From a virus (taxonomy: Duplodnaviria > Heunggongvirae > Uroviricota > Caudoviricetes), in IMG/VR virus record IMGVR_UViG_2541047875_000010, positions 1 to 33,904 of that record: a DNA stretch of 33,904 bases, one strand, 5' to 3'. The notes beneath the pieces are model-generated. The model was not told the DNA's origin, did not search any database, and was given only the letters and a program-made list of their open reading frames with translations. Shown here in pieces: positions 28,206 to 33,904 of the stretch. Both the position numbers and the translations under genes were made by a program. How positions within the stretch are numbered: the first letter of the stretch is position 1; each line of letters begins with the position of its first letter.

Positions 28206-28628
28206 ATGTTCCTGAAAACCGAATCATTTGAATATAACGGCGTGAGCGTCACGCTTTCTGAACTGTCAGCCCTGCAGCGTATTGAGCATCTCGCCCTGAT
28301 GAAACGGCAGGCAGAACAGGCGGAGTCAGACAGCAACCGGACGTTTACTGTGGAAGACGTCATCAGAACCGGTGCTTTTCTGGTGGCGATGTCCCTGTGG
28401 CATAACCATCCGCAGAAGACAAAGCTGCCTTCCATGAATGAAGCCGTTAAGCAGATTGAGCAGGAAGTGCTTACCACCTGGCCCACAGAGGCAATTTCTC
28501 ATGCTGAAAACGTGGTGTACCGGCTGTCCGGTATGTATGAGTTTGTGGTGAATGATGCCCCTGAACAGGCAGAGGACGCCGGTCCTGCAGAGCCTGTTTC
28601 TGCGGGAAAGTGTTCGACGGTGAGCTGA
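28206..28628 (+). CDS. G: tail assembly chaperone G
   Basis: MFLKTESFEYNGVSVTLSELSALQRIEHLALMKRQAEQ... matches lambda gpG. Confidence 0.9.
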   Translation: MFLKTESFEYNGVSVTLSELSALQRIEHLALMKRQAEQAESDSNRTFTVEDVIRTGAFLVAMSLWHNHPQKTKLPSMNEAVKQIEQEVLTTWPTEAISHAENVVYRLSGMYEFVVNDAPEQAEDAGPAEPVSAGKCSTVS

Positions 28629-29044
28629 GTTTTGCCCTGAAACTGGCGCGTGAGATGGGGCGACCCGACTGGCGCGCCATGCTTGCCGGGATGTCATCCA
28701 CGGAGTATGCCGACTGGCACCGCTTTTACAGTACCCATTATTTTCATGATGTTCTGCTGGATATGCACTTTTCCGGGCTGACGTACACCGTGCTCAGCCT
28801 GTTTTTCAGCGATCCGGATATGCATCCGCTGGATTTCAGTCTGCTGAACCGGCGCGAGGCTGACGAAGAGCCTGAAGATGATGTGCTGATGCAGAAAGCG
28901 GCAGGGCTTGCCGGAGGCGTCCGCTTTGGCCCGGACGGGAATGAAGTTCTCCCTACTTCCCCGGATGTGGCGGACATGACGGAGGATGACGTAATGCTGA
29001 TGACAGTATCAGAAGGGATCGCAGGAGGAGTCCGGTATGGCTGA
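28206..29044 (+). CDS. T: tail assembly protein G-T fusion (programmed -1 ribosomal frameshift)
   Basis: Slippery heptamer GGGAAAG at 28604-28610 near the end of G; the -1 frame continues as the T-like ORF (28610-29044). Confidence 0.7.
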
Positions 29045-31598
29045 ACCGGTAGGCGATCTGGTCGTTGATTTAAGTCTGGATGCGGCCAGATTTGACGAGC
29101 AGATGGCCAGAGTCAGGCGTCATTTTTCCGGTATAGAAAGTGATGCGAAAAAAACGGCGGCAGCCGTTGAACAGTCTATGAACCGGCAGGCGCTGGCTGC
29201 ACAGAAAGCGGGGATTTCTGTCGGGCAGTATAAAGCCGCCATGCGTATGCTGCCTGCGCAGTTCACCGACGTGGCCACACAGCTTGCCGGCGGGCAGAAC
29301 CCGTGGCTCATCCTGCTGCAACAGGGTGGTCAGGTGAAGGACTCTTTCGGCGGGATGATCCCCATGTTCAGGGGGCTTGCCGGTGCGATCACCCTGCCAA
29401 TGGTCGGTGTCACCTCGCTGGCGGTGGCGACCGGTGCGCTGGCGTATGCCTGGTATCAGGGTGACTCAACCCTGTCCAGTTTCAACAAAACGCTGGTCCT
29501 TTCCGGTAATCAGGCGGGGCTGACGGCAGATCGTATGCTGGTCCTGTCCAGAGCCGGACAGGCGGCAGGGCTGACGTTTAACCAGACCAGCGAGTCTCTG
29601 ACGGCGCTGGTAAATGCCGGTGTGCGTGGTGGTGAGCAGTTTGAGGCGATCAGTCAGAGTGTGGCGCGTTTCTCCTCTGCATCCGGCGTGGAGGTGGACA
29701 AGGTCGCTGAAGCCTTCGGGAAGCTGACCACAGACCCGACGTCGGGTCTGACGGCGATGGCGCGCCAGTTCCATAACGTGACGGCGGAGCAGATTGCGTA
29801 TGTTGCTCAGTTGCAGCGTTCCGGCGATGAAGCCGGGGCATTGCAGGCGGCGAACGAGGCCGCAACGAAAGGGTTTGATGACCAGACCCGCCGCCTGAAA
29901 GAGAACATGGGCACACTGGAGACCTGGGCAGACAGGACAGCACGGGCATTCAAATCCATGTGGGATGCGGTGCTGGATATTGGTCGTCCTGATACCGCGC
30001 AGGAGATGCTGATTAAGGCAGAGGCTGCGTTTAAGAAAGCAGACGACATCTGGAATCTGCGCAAGGATGATTATTTTGTTAACGATGAAGCGCGGGCGCG
30101 TTACTGGGATGATCGTGAAAAGGCCCGTCTTGCGCTTGAAGCCGCCCGAAAGAAGGCTGAGCAGCAGACTCAACAGGACAAAAATGCGCAGCAGCAGAGC
30201 GATACCGAAGCGTCACGGCTGAAATATACCGAAGAGGCGCAGAAGGCTTACGAACGGCTGCAGACGCCGCTGGAGAAATATACCGCCCGTCAGGAAGAAC
30301 TGAACAAGGCACTGAAAGACGGGAAAATCCTGCAGGCAGATTACAACACGCTGATGGCGGCGGCGAAAAAGGACTATGAAGCAAAGCTGAAAAAGCCGAA
30401 ACAGTCCGGCGTGAAGGTGTCTGCGGGCGATCGTCAGGAAGACAGTGCTCATGCCGCCCTGCTGACGCTTCAGGCAGAACTCCGGACGCTGGAGAAGCAT
30501 GCCGGAGCGAATGAGAAAATCAGCCAGCAGCGCCGGGATTTGTGGAAGGCGGAGAGTCAGTTCGCGGTACTGGAGGAGGCGGCACAACGTCGCCAGCTGT
30601 CCGCACAGGAGAAATCCCTGCTGGCGCATAAAGATGAGACGCTGGAGTACAAACGCCAGCTGGCTGCACTTGGCGATAAGGTCACGTATCAGGAGCGCCT
30701 GAATGCGCTGGCGCAGCAGGCGGATAAATTCGCACAGCAGCAACGGGCAAAACGGGCCGCTATTGATGCGAAAAGCCGGGGGCTGACTGACCGTCAGGCA
30801 GAACGGGAAGCCACGGAACAGCGCCTGAAGGAACAGTATGGCGATAATCCGCTGGCGCTGAATAACGTCATGTCAGAGCAGAAAAAGACCTGGGCGGCTG
30901 AAGACCAGCTTCGCGGGAGCTGGATGGCAGGCATCAGGTCCGGCTGGAGCGAGTGGAAAGAGAGTGCCACGGACAGTATGTCGCAGGTTAAAAGTGCTGC
31001 CACGCAGACCTTTGATGGTATTGCGCAGAATATGGCAGCGATGCTGACCGGCAGTGAACAGAACTGGCGCAGTTTCACCCGTTCCGTGCTGTCCATGATG
31101 ACAGAAATTCTGCTTAAGCAGGCAATGGTGGGGATTGTCGGGAGTATCGGCAGCGCCATTGGCGGCGCTGCCAGTAGTGGCGCATCGGCCTCAACCGGCA
31201 CAGCCATTCAGGCGGCAGCGGCAAACTTCCATTTTGCGACCGGAGGATTTACGGGAACCGGTGGCAAATATGAGCCAGCGGGGATTGTTCACCGGGGTGA
31301 ATTTGTTTTCACGAAGGAGGCAACCAGCCGGATTGGCGTGGGGAATCTCTACCGGCTGATGCGCGGCTATGCCACCGGCGGTTATGTCGGTACACCGGGC
31401 AGCATGGCGGAGAGCCGGTCGCAGGCGTCCGGGAAGTTTGAGCAGAATAACCATGTGGTGATTAACAACAACGGCACGAACGGGCAGATAGGTCCGGCTG
31501 CTCTGAAGGCGGTGTATGACATGGCCCGCAAGGGTGCCCGTGATGAAATTCAGACGCAGATGCGCGATGGTGGCCTGTTCTCCGGAGGTGGACGATGA
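29037..31598 (+). CDS. H: tail tape-measure protein H
   Basis: 853-aa translation matches lambda gpH as recalled. Confidence 0.95.
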   Translation: MAEPVGDLVVDLSLDAARFDEQMARVRRHFSGIESDAKKTAAAVEQSMNRQALAAQKAGISVGQYKAAMRMLPAQFTDVATQLAGGQNPWLILLQQGGQVKDSFGGMIPMFRGLAGAITLPMVGVTSLAVATGALAYAWYQGDSTLSSFNKTLVLSGNQAGLTADRMLVLSRAGQAAGLTFNQTSESLTALVNAGVRGGEQFEAISQSVARFSSASGVEVDKVAEAFGKLTTDPTSGLTAMARQFHNVTAEQIAYVAQLQRSGDEAGALQAANEAATKGFDDQTRRLKENMGTLETWADRTARAFKSMWDAVLDIGRPDTAQEMLIKAEAAFKKADDIWNLRKDDYFVNDEARARYWDDREKARLALEAARKKAEQQTQQDKNAQQQSDTEASRLKYTEEAQKAYERLQTPLEKYTARQEELNKALKDGKILQADYNTLMAAAKKDYEAKLKKPKQSGVKVSAGDRQEDSAHAALLTLQAELRTLEKHAGANEKISQQRRDLWKAESQFAVLEEAAQRRQLSAQEKSLLAHKDETLEYKRQLAALGDKVTYQERLNALAQQADKFAQQQRAKRAAIDAKSRGLTDRQAEREATEQRLKEQYGDNPLALNNVMSEQKKTWAAEDQLRGSWMAGIRSGWSEWKESATDSMSQVKSAATQTFDGIAQNMAAMLTGSEQNWRSFTRSVLSMMTEILLKQAMVGIVGSIGSAIGGAASSGASASTGTAIQAAAANFHFATGGFTGTGGKYEPAGIVHRGEFVFTKEATSRIGVGNLYRLMRGYATGGYVGTPGSMAESRSQASGKFEQNNHVVINNNGTNGQIGPAALKAVYDMARKGARDEIQTQMRDGGLFSGGGR

Positions 31599-31924
31599 AG
31601 ACCTTCCGCTGGAAAGTGAAACCCGGTATGGATGCGGCTTCGGCTCCTTCCGTCAGGGAAGTGCGCTTTGGTGATGGTTACTCCCAGCGCTCGCCTGCCG
31701 GGCTGAATGCCGACCTGAAAACGTACAGCGTGACGCTCTCTGTCTCACGCGAGGAGGCCACGGCGCTGGAGTCGTTTCTGGCTGAACACGGGGGCTGGAA
31801 GGCCTTTCTGTGGACGCCGCCTTATGGCTACCGGCAGATAAAGGTGACCTGCGCAAAGTGGACAGCGCGGGTCAGCATGCTTCGTGTTGAGTTCAGCGCA
31901 GAGTTTAAACAGGTGGTGAACTGA
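31595..31924 (+). CDS. M: tail tip protein M
   Basis: 109-aa translation matches lambda gpM as recalled. Confidence 0.9.
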   Translation: MKTFRWKVKPGMDAASAPSVREVRFGDGYSQRSPAGLNADLKTYSVTLSVSREEATALESFLAEHGGWKAFLWTPPYGYRQIKVTCAKWTARVSMLRVEFSAEFKQVVN

Positions 31925-32622
31925 TGCAGGATATCCGACAGGAAACACTGAATGAATGCACCCGTGCGGAGCAGTCGGCCAGCGTGGTGCTCTGGGAAAT
32001 CGATCTGACAGAGGTCGGTGGAGAACGTTATTTTTTCTGTAATGAGCAGAACGAAAAAGGCAAGTCGGTTATCTGGCAGGGGAGAGAGTATCAGGCGTAT
32101 CCCATTCAGGGGAGTGGTTTTGAACGGAATGGCAAAGGTGCCAGTACGCGGCCCACGCTGGCAGTCTCTAACCTGTACGGCATGGTCACCGGTATGGTGG
32201 AAGATATGCAGAGTCTGGTCGGCGGAACGGTGGTCCGGCGCAAGGTCTACGCCCGTTTTCTGGATGCGGTGAACTTCATCAACGGAAACAGCGACGCCGA
32301 TCCGGAGCAGGAGGTGATCAGCCGCTGGCGCATTGAGCAGTGCAGCGAACTGAGCGCGGTGAGCGCCTCTTTTGTACTGGCCACGCCGACGGAAACGGAT
32401 GGCGCTGTTTTCCCGGGGCGTGTCATGCTGGCCAACACCTGCACCTGGACCTATCGCGGTGATGAGTGCGGTTATGATGGTCCGGCTGTCGCGGATGAAT
32501 ATGACCAGCCGACGTCCGATATCACGAAGGATAAATGCAGCAAATGCCTGAGTGGCTGTAAGTTTCGCAATAACGTCGGCAACTTTGGCGGCTACCTTTC
32601 CATTAACAAACTTTCGCAGTAA
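31924..32622 (+). CDS. L: tail tip protein L (Cys cluster)
   Basis: 232-aa translation matches lambda gpL, including the C-terminal cysteine cluster (CTWTYRGDECGYDG...CSKCLSGC). Confidence 0.9.
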   Translation: MQDIRQETLNECTRAEQSASVVLWEIDLTEVGGERYFFCNEQNEKGKSVIWQGREYQAYPIQGSGFERNGKGASTRPTLAVSNLYGMVTGMVEDMQSLVGGTVVRRKVYARFLDAVNFINGNSDADPEQEVISRWRIEQCSELSAVSASFVLATPTETDGAVFPGRVMLANTCTWTYRGDECGYDGPAVADEYDQPTSDITKDKCSKCLSGCKFRNNVGNFGGYLSINKLSQ

Positions 32623-32627
32623 ATCCC

Positions 32628-33371
32628 ATGACAGAGACAGAATCAGCGATTCTGGCGCACGCCCGGCGATGTGCGCCAGCGGAGTCGTGCGGCTTCGTGG
32701 TGAGAACGCCGGAGGGGGAAAGGTATCTTCCCTGCGTGAATATCTCCGGTGAGCCGGAGGCGTATTTCCGGATGGCTCCGGAAGACTGGCTGCAGGCAGA
32801 GATGCAGGGTGAGATTGTGGCGCTGGTCCACAGCCATCCCGGTGGACTGCCCTGGCTGAGTGAGGCTGACCGGCGGCTGCAGGTGCAGAGTGATTTGCCG
32901 TGGTGGCTGGTCTGCCGGGGGGCGATTCACAGGTTCCGCTGTGTGCCGCATCTTACCGGGCGGCGCTTTGAGCACGGGGTGACGGACTGTTACACGCTGT
33001 TCCGGGATGCTTACCATCTGGCGGGAATTGAGATGCCGGATTTTCATCGTGAGGATGACTGGTGGCGTAACGGTCAGAATCTCTATCTGGATAACCTTGA
33101 AAGACATGGTTTTTACCGTGTCGCACTGACAGAGGCACAGCCGGGCGATGTGCTGCTGTGCTGCTTTGGTTCATCGGTGCCGAATCATGCCGCCATTTAC
33201 TGCGGCGACGGTGAGCTGCTGCACCATATTCCTGAACAACTGAGTAAACGAGAGAGGTACACCGACAAATGGCAGCGACGCACACACTCCCTCTGGCGTC
33301 ACCGGGCATGGCACGCATCTGCCTTTACGGGGATTTGCAGCGATTTGGCCGCCGCATCGACCTTCGTGTGA
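32628..33371 (+). CDS. K: tail tip assembly protein K (JAB/MPN and NlpC/P60-like domains)
   Basis: N-terminal HSHPGG (JAB/MPN-like) and C-terminal Cys/His residues; lambda gpK-like; the 3' end overlaps I and may be shorter than the track ORF. Confidence 0.85.
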   Translation: MTETESAILAHARRCAPAESCGFVVRTPEGERYLPCVNISGEPEAYFRMAPEDWLQAEMQGEIVALVHSHPGGLPWLSEADRRLQVQSDLPWWLVCRGAIHRFRCVPHLTGRRFEHGVTDCYTLFRDAYHLAGIEMPDFHREDDWWRNGQNLYLDNLERHGFYRVALTEAQPGDVLLCCFGSSVPNHAAIYCGDGELLHHIPEQLSKRERYTDKWQRRTHSLWRHRAWHASAFTGICSDLAAASTFV

Positions 33372-33904
33372 AAACGGGGGCCGAAGCCATCCGGGCGCTG
33401 GTCACACAGCTTCCCGCCTTTCGTCAGAAACTGAACGACGGCTGGTATCAGGTACGCATTTCCGGACAGGATATATCCCATGAAACATTGTTCACACAGA
33501 TGAATGACACACTGCCTCCGGGCGCGGTAATACATATTGTCCCTCGCCTGGAGGGGGCAAAAAACGGAGGGGTTTTTCAGGTCGTGGCCGGTGCTGTGCT
33601 TGCTGTTGTCGGTTATGCATTAAGCTGGACAGGCATAGGTGCGGTTATTGGCAACCTTGGTGTGGCCATGATGCTTGGAGGGGTGGCACAGATGCTGGCC
33701 CCTAAATCCAGAACTCCCCGTACACAGACAACGGATAACGGCAAACAGAATACCTATTTTTCATCACTGGATAACATGATTGCCCAGGGGAATGTTCTGC
33801 CTGTTCTGTACGGTGAAATGCGCGTGGGGTCACGCGTGGTTTCTCAGGAGATCAGCACGGCAGACGAAGGGGACGGTGGTCAGGTTGTGGTGATTGGTCG
33901 CTGA
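33269..33904 (+). CDS. I: tail tip assembly protein I
   Basis: MAATHTLPLASPGMARICLYGDLQRFGRRIDLRVKTGAEAIRAL... matches lambda gpI; stop codon coincides with the window end. Confidence 0.85.
   Translation: MAATHTLPLASPGMARICLYGDLQRFGRRIDLRVKTGAEAIRALVTQLPAFRQKLNDGWYQVRISGQDISHETLFTQMNDTLPPGAVIHIVPRLEGAKNGGVFQVVAGAVLAVVGYALSWTGIGAVIGNLGVAMMLGGVAQMLAPKSRTPRTQTTDNGKQNTYFSSLDNMIAQGNVLPVLYGEMRVGSRVVSQEISTADEGDGGQVVVIGR

Overview
This window reads as a near-complete mosaic lambdoid prophage from an Enterobacteriaceae (E. coli-like) host; integrase, attachment site and tail fibre J are outside the window. Left to right: (1) an AT-rich two-gene plus-strand module (1-633); (2) a minus-strand early-left operon (681-5765) with an excisionase-like gene, DEDDh exonuclease, DUF551, Ea22-like proteins and a YfdR/YfdQ/YfdP-like trio; (3) a GC-rich structured non-coding region (5766-6239) where an N antiterminator would normally sit; (4) a plus-strand periplasmic DUF1311/LprI-like moron (6240-6740); (5) the immunity switch: P22 C2-like CI repressor (6956-7582), operator/promoter region, Cro (7680-7880); (6) early-right genes: YdaT-like, small overlapping ORFs, O-like replication initiator with internal iterons, PerC/ANR-like regulator, LexA-DNA-binding-domain-only protein, RusA, KilA-N antirepressor-like, DUF968, antiterminator Q; (7) a Q-to-lysis cargo region with terminators, a tRNA-Ile(CAU) gene and a degenerate tRNA-Arg-like sequence; (8) lysis cassette: phage-21-type pinholin, YdfR-like, an AT-rich antisense ORF, SAR endolysin, Rz/Rz1, Bor; (9) a cos site and a lambda-type head/tail module Nu1-A-W-B-C/Nu3-D-E-FI-FII-Z-U-V-G/T-H-M-L-K-I that matches my recollection of phage lambda almost residue for residue. 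All homology statements are from reading the translations and memory of the families, not database searches. The most interesting candidates are the structured N-less pL-proximal region, the LprI-like and LexA-NTD-only morons, the Q-S cargo region with minus-strand twin terminators, and the antisense AT-rich ORF inside the lysis cassette.
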